NCBI GenBank assembly: GCA_026707585.1
Contig: JAPOWQ010000069.1
Span: 2,035-66,034, forward strand
Source of the DNA: Chloroflexota bacterium
GTDB lineage: Bacteria > Chloroflexota > UBA11872
Direction of reading: 5' to 3'
Length of the DNA stretch: 64,000 nucleotides
Shown here: in pieces, positions 18,896 to 26,964 of the stretch
Position numbering within the stretch: the first letter of the stretch is position 1
Layout of the letters: every line of letters starts with the position of its first letter
Made by a program: the position numbers and the translations under genes
The notes under the pieces: generated by a model
What the model saw: only the letters and a program-made list of their open reading frames with translations
The model's database searches: none
Told to the model about the DNA's origin: nothing

Positions 18896-19843
18896 ATGGA
18901 GTTGATGTTCAACGATTGCTCGATACATGGACAATTCCAAGACCTGAAGACCTTTCAGGTGGCGATTGAGCGAGTGATGACTATTCGCCACACGGCTCGA
19001 CGCTTCGGAAGGAACCTGCAATGCCACCGAAATGTGTCCAGTGCGGAGGTTATGCCCGGTTGGATAATGCAAAGAGCCGTTCAAACGCTAGGCATGGATA
19101 AAAGGCGCGTTGTGATGCAATGGCTGAATCAGCTTGGGCCATTTTGGGACAAGTCTCAACAGCACTCGAGCGATGACTGGCTGGAATGCAATGGCGAACC
19201 TGTAACTGACACCGCGATTGGTGAAGCCGCTCACTGTCTTGCTCTTGGCCTTGACCGTAGACTGGTAAGCATGGATCCCTCAGCCTGGCTGAGTTCACCG
19301 TTGTCCGTGGAGTTTGAGAGCGGACCGAATAGGCACGTCGATGTCCTAAACTACTGGCTCGTCGAGGCGATTCAGACTGCTCTTTCCGTCGCTCCCACTC
19401 CCGTCCGATCCTGGGACGACTTGGCTGCCGTAGCTCGAGTTCGCTTTCCAGATCTGACGTTTTCGACAAACAGCTTTGCTCCCCTCCGTGGCCATCCGTT
19501 CGGCAGAGGTCCTGCCGAACGTATGATCGCTTTGCTGACTGTACTGCACGACTTCAAGAACTGCTTCAATGAGCAGGGCCAACGAACATCGGAAGGGCAC
19601 GAGATATATCAGCAACACTTCACGGGCGAAAAGGCTTGGTTTTCGGATTCGTCAAATACGGAGAAATCGCAATTCAATTCAGACCTAACGTTCCCACATC
19701 CGGCAAGACCAGGAGAGACGTTATTCTGCACGTGGCATGGCAAAGTCAAAACACCCCAATTGAGAATTCACTTCTCATGGCCGGTACGAGCGAATGAACC
19801 AATGTATGTTGTATATGTCGGACCCAAGATTACCAAGCGTTAG
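18896..19843 (+). CDS. Hypothetical protein, third gene of the DUF262/ATPase operon
   Basis: 315 aa from an ATG that lies 1 nt after the ATPase stop. It shares the low GC of the two upstream genes. I recognise no motif. The C-terminus is LFCTWHGKVKTPQLRIHFSWPVRANEPMYVVYVGPKITKR. Confidence 0.6.
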   Translation: MELMFNDCSIHGQFQDLKTFQVAIERVMTIRHTARRFGRNLQCHRNVSSAEVMPGWIMQRAVQTLGMDKRRVVMQWLNQLGPFWDKSQQHSSDDWLECNGEPVTDTAIGEAAHCLALGLDRRLVSMDPSAWLSSPLSVEFESGPNRHVDVLNYWLVEAIQTALSVAPTPVRSWDDLAAVARVRFPDLTFSTNSFAPLRGHPFGRGPAERMIALLTVLHDFKNCFNEQGQRTSEGHEIYQQHFTGEKAWFSDSSNTEKSQFNSDLTFPHPARPGETLFCTWHGKVKTPQLRIHFSWPVRANEPMYVVYVGPKITKR

Positions 19844-19879
19844 GCATACGACGCGGTGATCCCTTTATGCCGAGCTTCC

Positions 19880-22800
19880 CTACGTAGCTAGTAGGATCGC
19901 TCCAATCCGCCTCGCCACCTCACTGAAATACCCCACCTCTTCGACCCGTAGGTCCCGACCCAACACCTTCCGTTCCCGATACGACAACCACTTCTTCAGC
20001 ACTTGGTACCCACCCAGCCGGTAGTTCCACACGTTCGCTGGCACATTCCGCCAGTAGGCGTTGTCGTTCAGGCGGATGTCATAGGTCGTCTCACCTAACC
20101 TGTCTGCAGCAGCACCAAGGGCGGCGCGCTCCGATCCCGTATACGCTCGCTCCTCCGTACGACCCTGCCCCGGCATAACCGCCTGGCCCGGCCCGAAGTG
20201 TCCCCAACCGGCCGTCAGGCCAAAGTCGTCGCCGAACATGTCGCGCCCGTGCGTCGTGGCCGTCACGGCAATGGCAGCGATCTCAGGCCGAAGCTGGCCT
20301 GCGGTTACGCCAGGAACAGGAGTCTCAGGATCCAGCAGCGCGGACAGTTTGCGCCCACGGGCAGCAGAAGCGGCCAGAGAATCGCTGGCCGCTCCTACCT
20401 TGGCTGCCAAGTCGCTCTCCCCGGTGCCGGCGTGGGCTGACAGTTCGGACCAGTGCGTCAGTGGTATCCGCGGCCACTCCATCCGCAGAGCACCAGCATT
20501 CGCTTTCCGGTATTCAGGGTCGTGCAGCACGACTAACACGTGGTGAAATAGGTCCTCAACGGTCAGGTCGCAGTGTTCGAGGTAGCGGCGAGCGGCGGCT
20601 GACAGGTTGGGACGACGCGACTTCAGTGGGTCGGCACCCAACGTTTCTTCGCGAAGCCACACGGGAAACATGCTGACGCCCCACTCTATTAGGTGAAGCG
20701 ACGCCAGATTTGGCGTGAAGGTGGCTTGCGGTTCGGTTGCGTCCTGCCTGAGTCTGGGAACGGCCGATAGCCACAAGTTTCCTTGGAATACGTGCGGACG
20801 GTACTCGGGGCGAGGTCGATCTAGCAGTCCGTGCTCGGTTTCCCAATAGAGCCAGCGTACGTCGAATGGGCGGTACGCGTAGCGGACGAATCCGGCTTCA
20901 TTTGGGCCGCCACGTTTAAGCAGCGTGTCGCGAACCGTCTGGGCGTTGAAGCCGCCAGAGCTTCGCATTATCGCAGGATGAATCCGCGCGATCTCGGCGT
21001 GACTCAACTTTTGGTCGAAATAATCGCCGATGCGCCTGTGTAACTGATCGAAGTCAGTGTCGACCAAGAATGCATCCCGGCTGGTTTTGACTCCCGGAAA
21101 CGACGTTGGAAATAGGTCTGCCAGGGTTGGCCAGTCAAACCAACCCCGGCTCACAGCCAGCGGTGCGAGCGGCAGCCCCAGCGGCAAAATGGGATCCACA
21201 GGGTCGTAGAGCGCTTCAGGCTTGGCCTCCGCCGATTCCGTCAGTGCTTCAAGTTTTGTCTGGCCCCACAAGTCGCGGAACTGAACATTCGGCGCAGGCG
21301 AGTGCGGTCGCTTACGCACCAGCGTGGCAATCGCCGTTCCGACTTGGATTCCCACCGGATCGTCGGCCGTCGAGAAGATGCTGGGATCCGGCGAACCGTC
21401 GGGCGCCACCTTGCCGGTGCGGAACTTATCGCCGTTCAGGTTGTCGATGCGAATCACGTCAAACGCTTCCAGGTACCGCTCTCGCATCCCCGGACACGAC
21501 AGGCTGTCCAACCACGAGTAGTTGGAAATGAAGCACACCACGCCCTGCCCGGTCTTCTCGGCAATCCGCCGCTCGGCCATCCGGAAGAAGCGCACGTACA
21601 GGTCGTTCAGACCCTGCCCCTCGGGACGCCGCACCCTTCGGGTCGTGCGGTAGGCCGTCAAGAGTTCCTGCTCCTCGTCCACGGCCACGCCAGCGAACCC
21701 GTTGTACGGCGGATTGCCGAGGATCACTAGGATTGGTTTCTTTTGTTTCACTTCCTCCGCGCGATCACGTTCCTCCGCTAGTTCGGGAATCGAAAGCGGA
21801 ACCTGCTTCTGCGAAGCCCAGCCTGTCAGCGCATTGGTCAGAAATATCCCCGCCCGTTCCTCCGCGTCCTCCGCCAGCGGCGCATCCAGGTCCTGCATGG
21901 TCAGGCCCACCTGCAAGTGCGCCACCACGAATGGCGCGGGCATGATCTCGAACCCGAACACTCGCTCCGTAGCCGCTTGCTTGACCCGCGCCCCGGTCAG
22001 CGCGCCCGGGTCCTGGTCTTGAAGGTTTTTGGCAATCCGTTGCAGCGTCTCGGCCAGGTACGCGCCCGTGCCGCAGCACGGGTCCAGTACGTATACGTTC
22101 TGGGCCGCCAGCCCGTCGGCGATTCCCAGGTCGTCCTTTAGCGCGCGATCCACCCGCGCGACCATGTAGCGCACCACCTCCGGCGGCGTGTACCAGACGC
22201 CCAGCTGCTTGCGCAGCGCCGGGTCGAAAGCTTGCAGGAACGGCTCGTAGAAATACTGGACCGCCTGCCCCTCGCTGAACCTCGCGAAGAAAGCGTCACG
22301 CTCCACCCGGTTCAGCGCCGCCGCCGTCCAGTCCAGCACCTCCACCAGCCCTAGCGGTTGCAGCCGCCCCGGATCCGAGAGTTGCTGGAACAGCGCCCGC
22401 AGCACCGGCGCGCGCAGATGCCAGACGGACGTCTTCCAGTCGAACTCGCCCCTTGGCGGGGGCGTCTGCCGCGCCCACAGCACCCACGCCGAAAACACAC
22501 CGTAGAACAGTGTCTGAACCAGAGTCGACCTGAAGAATTGCGCTCCTTGCTCGCCCGTGAACTGCACGCCCAGCGCCTCTTCAAGTGCATCGCGCACTGC
22601 CCCAAGCGGTGCCGTGCCAGCCCCCGACTGGGCTTCGGCAGCCTCAACTCGAGCCAACGCGTCCCGAGCATGCGAGGCCAGCAGTTCGGCTAGGTCCCGA
22701 GGTTCTGCCAGCCGTGCCCGGTGCGACAGCACCCGCCGCAGGTATTCCCCCAGCCCAACGCCGACCTGCCCCGCGAATGCCCGCGGCTTCTCCAACTGCC

Positions 22801-23275
22801 GCTCGAAATCCTCCGCGTCCCTCGACAGCCGAAAGCTCTCCAATCGCGTCGGACTCCCGTTCGCGTCCTCGCCCACCAGCAGGAAGTCGCGGTAATTCGT
22901 CACCAGCACCTGCCGGTACCGCCCCCAGTACTTGCTCACCTGGTCGCTCTCGGCCGTCAGCCAGGCGTCGTCCTCAGCCGACTTCACTTCCACCACGCCA
23001 TGCTCCGGCAACTCGCCCACCGTTCGTGGCGAGCCTGTCGAACCACTCCCGCGCTGCACTTGCTTCGCCGCGTACAGCCCAAAGTCCGGATGCCCGGCCC
23101 CTTGGTCGGCCAGTTCGCCGACGCAGAACACCTTCGGCTTCAGCCCACCGCCGACGTCATTGAGCAGATTCGCCAGCGGCCCATACCCCGACCGCTCCCC
23201 CGTCGCCCCACCCGACGCCCGGATCTTCCGCAAATTCGCCAGGTAGTCCTCAACGACCCTCGGAAACTTCTTCAT
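19880..23275 (-). CDS. Fused PD-ExK nuclease / gamma-class N6-adenine DNA methyltransferase / type ISP-like C-terminal specificity domain (type IIG/IIL-like R-M enzyme)
   Basis: 1131 aa. Motifs are N-terminal GHPD64FGLY...VVE96VK98S, then YFYEPFLQAFDPALRKQLGVWYTPPEVV, motif I VLDPCCGTGAYL (aa 396-407) and motif IV NPPY (aa 521-524). The C-terminal YRPFDVRWLYWE ... YRLGGYQVLKKWLSYRE resembles type ISP/MmeI-like enzymes. Confidence 0.75.
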   Translation of the reverse strand: MKKFPRVVEDYLANLRKIRASGGATGERSGYGPLANLLNDVGGGLKPKVFCVGELADQGAGHPDFGLYAAKQVQRGSGSTGSPRTVGELPEHGVVEVKSAEDDAWLTAESDQVSKYWGRYRQVLVTNYRDFLLVGEDANGSPTRLESFRLSRDAEDFERQLEKPRAFAGQVGVGLGEYLRRVLSHRARLAEPRDLAELLASHARDALARVEAAEAQSGAGTAPLGAVRDALEEALGVQFTGEQGAQFFRSTLVQTLFYGVFSAWVLWARQTPPPRGEFDWKTSVWHLRAPVLRALFQQLSDPGRLQPLGLVEVLDWTAAALNRVERDAFFARFSEGQAVQYFYEPFLQAFDPALRKQLGVWYTPPEVVRYMVARVDRALKDDLGIADGLAAQNVYVLDPCCGTGAYLAETLQRIAKNLQDQDPGALTGARVKQAATERVFGFEIMPAPFVVAHLQVGLTMQDLDAPLAEDAEERAGIFLTNALTGWASQKQVPLSIPELAEERDRAEEVKQKKPILVILGNPPYNGFAGVAVDEEQELLTAYRTTRRVRRPEGQGLNDLYVRFFRMAERRIAEKTGQGVVCFISNYSWLDSLSCPGMRERYLEAFDVIRIDNLNGDKFRTGKVAPDGSPDPSIFSTADDPVGIQVGTAIATLVRKRPHSPAPNVQFRDLWGQTKLEALTESAEAKPEALYDPVDPILPLGLPLAPLAVSRGWFDWPTLADLFPTSFPGVKTSRDAFLVDTDFDQLHRRIGDYFDQKLSHAEIARIHPAIMRSSGGFNAQTVRDTLLKRGGPNEAGFVRYAYRPFDVRWLYWETEHGLLDRPRPEYRPHVFQGNLWLSAVPRLRQDATEPQATFTPNLASLHLIEWGVSMFPVWLREETLGADPLKSRRPNLSAAARRYLEHCDLTVEDLFHHVLVVLHDPEYRKANAGALRMEWPRIPLTHWSELSAHAGTGESDLAAKVGAASDSLAASAARGRKLSALLDPETPVPGVTAGQLRPEIAAIAVTATTHGRDMFGDDFGLTAGWGHFGPGQAVMPGQGRTEERAYTGSERAALGAAADRLGETTYDIRLNDNAYWRNVPANVWNYRLGGYQVLKKWLSYRERKVLGRDLRVEEVGYFSEVARRIGAILLAT

Positions 23276-23454
23276 CCCAGCCCGTCAGCCTTCCCCTCAT
23301 TCGCGGCCACGCTACCCCGCCACCGACGCCACGACGAAATACTCGCCTCCGTCGCCTGCGTCATAGTGGCCGAGGCTGCGCGCCGCCTGAAAACTCGCAT
23401 CCCCGGCGCACCGCCCAGGCCGCCAGACCGCCCCACCAACTCCCTCTTCATCAG

Positions 23455-23883
23455 CCCCTGGCCGCCAACCACTTGCCCTTCGTTCTCGCCTAGTGTACAC
23501 TACCCATGTACCGAACGCAACACCTTTCCCGGAGCCCCTCCCCTGCCCCCGCCAACCAACCCACAGTCGTCCCCTGCCCGCCAATCCGGCCGCCGCCATT
23601 GGCCAGCCTCTCCTCCCCCCGCAACCCTGCTCCGCCTGCTCCAGCTGTTCCTGTCCGCCCTGCGCCTGCCCATGCCCCTCCTTCCCTCACCCTCCCCCGC
23701 CCCGACTCCCCAACCGCGCACCACGCACCCTCTCCAGGCCCGGCCAAGAACCTCCCCACCCACCCACCTGCCCTCCCCACGCCGCTCGCGCTCCACCCCG
23801 GCCCCCGCAGACCCCAAAACCCCGCCAAAATGCACCCCGCCGCGCCTCAAGAGTTTTTTGGAAAAAACTCTTACGCGCACGAA
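23455..23883 (+). repeat. Bipartite promoter/palindrome cassette, copy A (module 1 at 23455-23548, C-rich spacer, module 2 at 23824-23883)
   Basis: Module 1 and module 2 recur near-identically, reverse-complemented, at 60709-60802 and 60578-60637. Module 2 contains the perfect 24-bp palindrome AAGAGTTTTTTGGAAAAAACTCTT (23849-23872). Confidence 0.85.
23473..23501 (+). promoter_or_regulatory. Predicted sigma70-type promoter inside cassette copy A
   Basis: TTGCCC (23473-23478), a 17-nt spacer, then TACACT (23496-23501). The same hexamers and spacing are conserved in copy B. It points toward the DUF1801 gene at 24008. Confidence 0.4.
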
Positions 23884-24007
23884 GGCGCCCCATTCCGCGC
23901 CCCCGCCACCCGCCCGCGGCCTCGTCCGATCCCCGCGACCGCCGGTTGCGCTGCCGCCGCCCGCCACTCGAAACTTAGTGCGATCCACAACCGGAAAACG
24001 ATGACAG

Positions 24008-24451
24008 ATGGTTTCCAGCAAAGCAGCCACCGTCGAGGAGTACCTGGCCGAGCTCCCCGAGAACCGGCGCGCCGACATCCAGCAGATCCGCGAGGTCATC
24101 CTGGCCAACCTGCCGGACGGCTTCGAGGAGTGCATGCAGTACGGCATGATCGGCTACGCCATCCCGCTCGAGCGGTTTCCAGACACCTACAACGGGCAGG
24201 CCCTGGGCGTGGCCGCGCTGGCGGCTCAGAAACGCCACATTTCGGTCTACCTGCACGGCCTCTACGCCGACCCCGAGCTGACCGAGTGGTTTGTGCACGC
24301 CTACAAGCAGTCCGGCAAGCGGCTCAACATGGGCAAGTCCTGCGTCCGCTTCCCCAGGGCCGAGGCCGCCGCGCTGGACCTCATCGGCGAGGTCGTCGCC
24401 CGCATTTCCCCCGAGCAACTGATCGCCCAACACGAAGCCGCCCACGGATAG
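24008..24451 (+). CDS. DUF1801 (YdhG-like) domain protein
   Basis: 147 aa. TVEEYLAELPENRRADIQQIREVILANLP...MIGYAI...HISVYL is the usual DUF1801 pattern. Confidence 0.65.
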   Translation: MVSSKAATVEEYLAELPENRRADIQQIREVILANLPDGFEECMQYGMIGYAIPLERFPDTYNGQALGVAALAAQKRHISVYLHGLYADPELTEWFVHAYKQSGKRLNMGKSCVRFPRAEAAALDLIGEVVARISPEQLIAQHEAAHG

Positions 24452-24464
24452 GGGATGAAGCCTG

Positions 24465-25436
24465 ATGCCAAGCATTGACTGGCCGATCGAACAGCTCCGC
24501 ACGTACGTCCCTCCGGCAACCGCGCCGGACGGCCTGGACGACTTCTGGGCCCAAACCCTGGCTGAGCAGCAGCACCCGTACGACGAAGACATCACGCCGG
24601 TCGACTACCCGGTCGACGGGCTAACTGTCGAGGACGTCACTGTTGCCGGCTACGGCCAGGGCCGCGTGGCCGGCACGCTGCTGGTCCCCGACGGCGACGC
24701 CGAACTCCCCGGCATCGTGATCTTCCACGGCTACACCGGCAACCGCGCCGCCGTCTTCGACGCCGCCGCCTGGGCGCTCCAGGGCTTCGTCGTGTACGCG
24801 ATCGACATTCGCGGCCAGACCGGCTTCAGCACCGACCCGGACGCTGATCCGCGCGGCCACGCTCTCGGCTGGATGACCCAGGGCATCCAGTCGCCCGACA
24901 CCTACTACTACCGCCGGGTCTACGTGGACTGCGTGCGAGCTGTCCGTTTCGTGCAGTCACTTCCCCGGGTACGCGCCGACCGCGTCGGCTGCACCGGCAT
25001 CAGCCAGGGAGGAGGCCTGACCCTGGCCACGGCCGCGCTCGAGCCCAGCGTCGCGCTGGCGATGGCCGAAGTCCCCTATCTCTGCGACTTCCCCCGCGCC
25101 GCCCAGATCGCCGGACCGGCCGGCCTGGTGCAGACCATCTACGGTGAAATCGGCGCCTACTGCCGCGCCTATCCCGACCGCTACGACGAAGCCTTCCGCA
25201 CCCTCAGCTACTTCGACGTGGTCAACCTGGCGCCCAGCATTCGCTGCCCCACCCTGGTCAGCGTTGGCCTATGGGACGACATCTGCCCACCGTCCACCGT
25301 GTTCGGCGCCTACAACCGCCTGACCTGCGAACCACGCGAGATCGACGTCTACCCTTTCCTCGACCACTCCAGCACCTCGACCCACCGCGACGCCAAAGTC
25401 CGCTGGGCCTGGCGCTGGCTACACGACCGGGAATAG
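24465..25436 (+). CDS. Acetyl xylan esterase / cephalosporin-C deacetylase family (CE7)
   Basis: The start MPSIDWPIEQLRTYVP..PDGLDDFW, then HGYTGN, the nucleophile elbow GISQGGG and a C-terminal DxxCPP..H pattern are typical of AXE1/CE7. Confidence 0.8.
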   Translation: MPSIDWPIEQLRTYVPPATAPDGLDDFWAQTLAEQQHPYDEDITPVDYPVDGLTVEDVTVAGYGQGRVAGTLLVPDGDAELPGIVIFHGYTGNRAAVFDAAAWALQGFVVYAIDIRGQTGFSTDPDADPRGHALGWMTQGIQSPDTYYYRRVYVDCVRAVRFVQSLPRVRADRVGCTGISQGGGLTLATAALEPSVALAMAEVPYLCDFPRAAQIAGPAGLVQTIYGEIGAYCRAYPDRYDEAFRTLSYFDVVNLAPSIRCPTLVSVGLWDDICPPSTVFGAYNRLTCEPREIDVYPFLDHSSTSTHRDAKVRWAWRWLHDRE

Positions 25437-25458
25437 CGCCAGCTCTCGGATCCGGCGC

Positions 25459-26892
25459 CTACATGCTCGTGTTGCGAGTGATCTTGAACGCGAAGGCGCT
25501 GTCACACGGCCGCCGCTCAGGCCGTTCGATCTCCAGCCCCTCAGCCGACATGCGCCACGCCAACTCGCCGTCGTTACCCAGCAACTCCACCGACCGGATC
25601 TCGCCCGGATACAGCGTCTTCAGCGACTCGATCGTGAAGGTCGGCGCCGGCCAGCTCAGGCAGATCGCGTAAAGCACGTTGCCCTTCACCGTGAAGCGGA
25701 TGTCACTGCCCTGGTAGGCCAGCTTCTCCTTGGTGTCGCTGAAGGCCCCTGAAACCGACATCTGGGTCGGGCCTTCGCCATAGGTCCACCACGGCGTGGT
25801 TCCGTAGATCGCCTCGCCATTCACGCGCAGCCAGTCGCCGATGCCTTCCAGTGCCGTGACCGCCTCGTCCGGGATCGTCCCGTCGGGCTTCGGCCCCACG
25901 TTCAGCAGCATCAGCCCGTTCTTGCTGACGTTGTCCACCAGGTACTGCACGAGCTCGGTGGCCGACTTGTACGTCGTCTCGCGCAGATAGCCCCAGCCCG
26001 AGCCATCGTCCACCGTGGTGTCGGTAATCCACTCGTGATACGCCTGATCCGGCATCTTGCCCAGCTCGATATCCAGCACCCCCACGCCCGGCGGCAGGTT
26101 GTCCCACTTGTAGGTCACCACCACCCCGCGGCCCCATTCGGATTCCTTGTTGTAGTAGTACGCCAGGAAGTCCTGCTTGTACTGCTCGTGGACGGCCTTC
26201 AGGCCAAAGTCGAACCAGATGTAGTCCGGCTCGTACTTGTCCACCACCTCAACCAGCTTCGCCTTCCAGATTTCAAGAAACGCCCTGCTCGGCTTGTCCT
26301 GCTCGTCCCACTCCACGTCGCGCACCGGAAAATCCAGGTTGTGCGGCTCGCCATATAGCCCGGAATAGCGCGGATCGGATGTATCGAAATCTGTCCGCCA
26401 GTGCGGGAAGAACCACCAGTTCTCCGCATGGTGCATAGCCACCATGTAGCGCATGCCCTGTCGTCGAACGGCCTCCGCCAGTTCGCCCACCACGTCGCGC
26501 TTCGGCCCCATCCGGGCCGCGTTCCACTCGGTGTGCGCGCTGTCCCAGAGCGCAAATCCGTCGTGATGCTCCGCCACCGGCCCCGCAAACTGCGCCCCGG
26601 CCCGCCGGAACAGATCGGCCCACGCGTCGGCGTCGAACTTCGCGCCGTTGAAGTCGGGAATGAAGTCCTTGTACCCGAACTTCGAGGGATGTCCGTAGGT
26701 CTTCACGTGATGCGCGTAGTGCGGCTCGCCCTCGCGATACATCCGGTACGGATACCAAGTGGCATTAGGACCCCACGCGGGCACGCAGTAGATGCCCCAA
26801 TGGGTGTAGATGCCGAACTTGGCATCGGTGAACCAGCGGGGCGTCTGGTGCTGACGCAACGAGCGCCAGTTCGGTTCATAACGGGTCGTCAT
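25459..26892 (-). CDS. Alpha-L-fucosidase, glycoside hydrolase family 29 (second copy)
   Basis: RWFTDAKFGIYTHWGIYCVPAWG...AEHHDGFALWDS are GH29 hallmarks. The ATG at 26892 is preferred. Confidence 0.85.
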   Translation of the reverse strand: MTTRYEPNWRSLRQHQTPRWFTDAKFGIYTHWGIYCVPAWGPNATWYPYRMYREGEPHYAHHVKTYGHPSKFGYKDFIPDFNGAKFDADAWADLFRRAGAQFAGPVAEHHDGFALWDSAHTEWNAARMGPKRDVVGELAEAVRRQGMRYMVAMHHAENWWFFPHWRTDFDTSDPRYSGLYGEPHNLDFPVRDVEWDEQDKPSRAFLEIWKAKLVEVVDKYEPDYIWFDFGLKAVHEQYKQDFLAYYYNKESEWGRGVVVTYKWDNLPPGVGVLDIELGKMPDQAYHEWITDTTVDDGSGWGYLRETTYKSATELVQYLVDNVSKNGLMLLNVGPKPDGTIPDEAVTALEGIGDWLRVNGEAIYGTTPWWTYGEGPTQMSVSGAFSDTKEKLAYQGSDIRFTVKGNVLYAICLSWPAPTFTIESLKTLYPGEIRSVELLGNDGELAWRMSAEGLEIERPERRPCDSAFAFKITRNTSM

Positions 26893-26964
26893 GGCGGAGC
26901 TCTCACCAGGGACGGCTGGAACGCGGCGCGCCAGCATACGAACCGATCCCCGGCTCCGCCCGCG

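Noticed and set aside
19844-19879. A possible bidirectional terminator between the convergent hypothetical gene and the R-M gene (GGCATA-N17-TATGCC).
   Set aside because: It has only a 6-bp stem with a 17-nt loop and no U-tract, which is too weak to call.
22585-24465. Proline-rich ORFs (22721-24004 at 427 aa, 23506-24465 at 319 aa, 23493-23978) and the Gly-rich ORF 23500-24147 on the opposite strand.
   Set aside because: They arise from the G-free, C-rich spacer of cassette copy A and from antisense reading of the R-M gene. Part of their apparent conservation with ORFs near 60.6 kb is simply the shared non-coding cassette.
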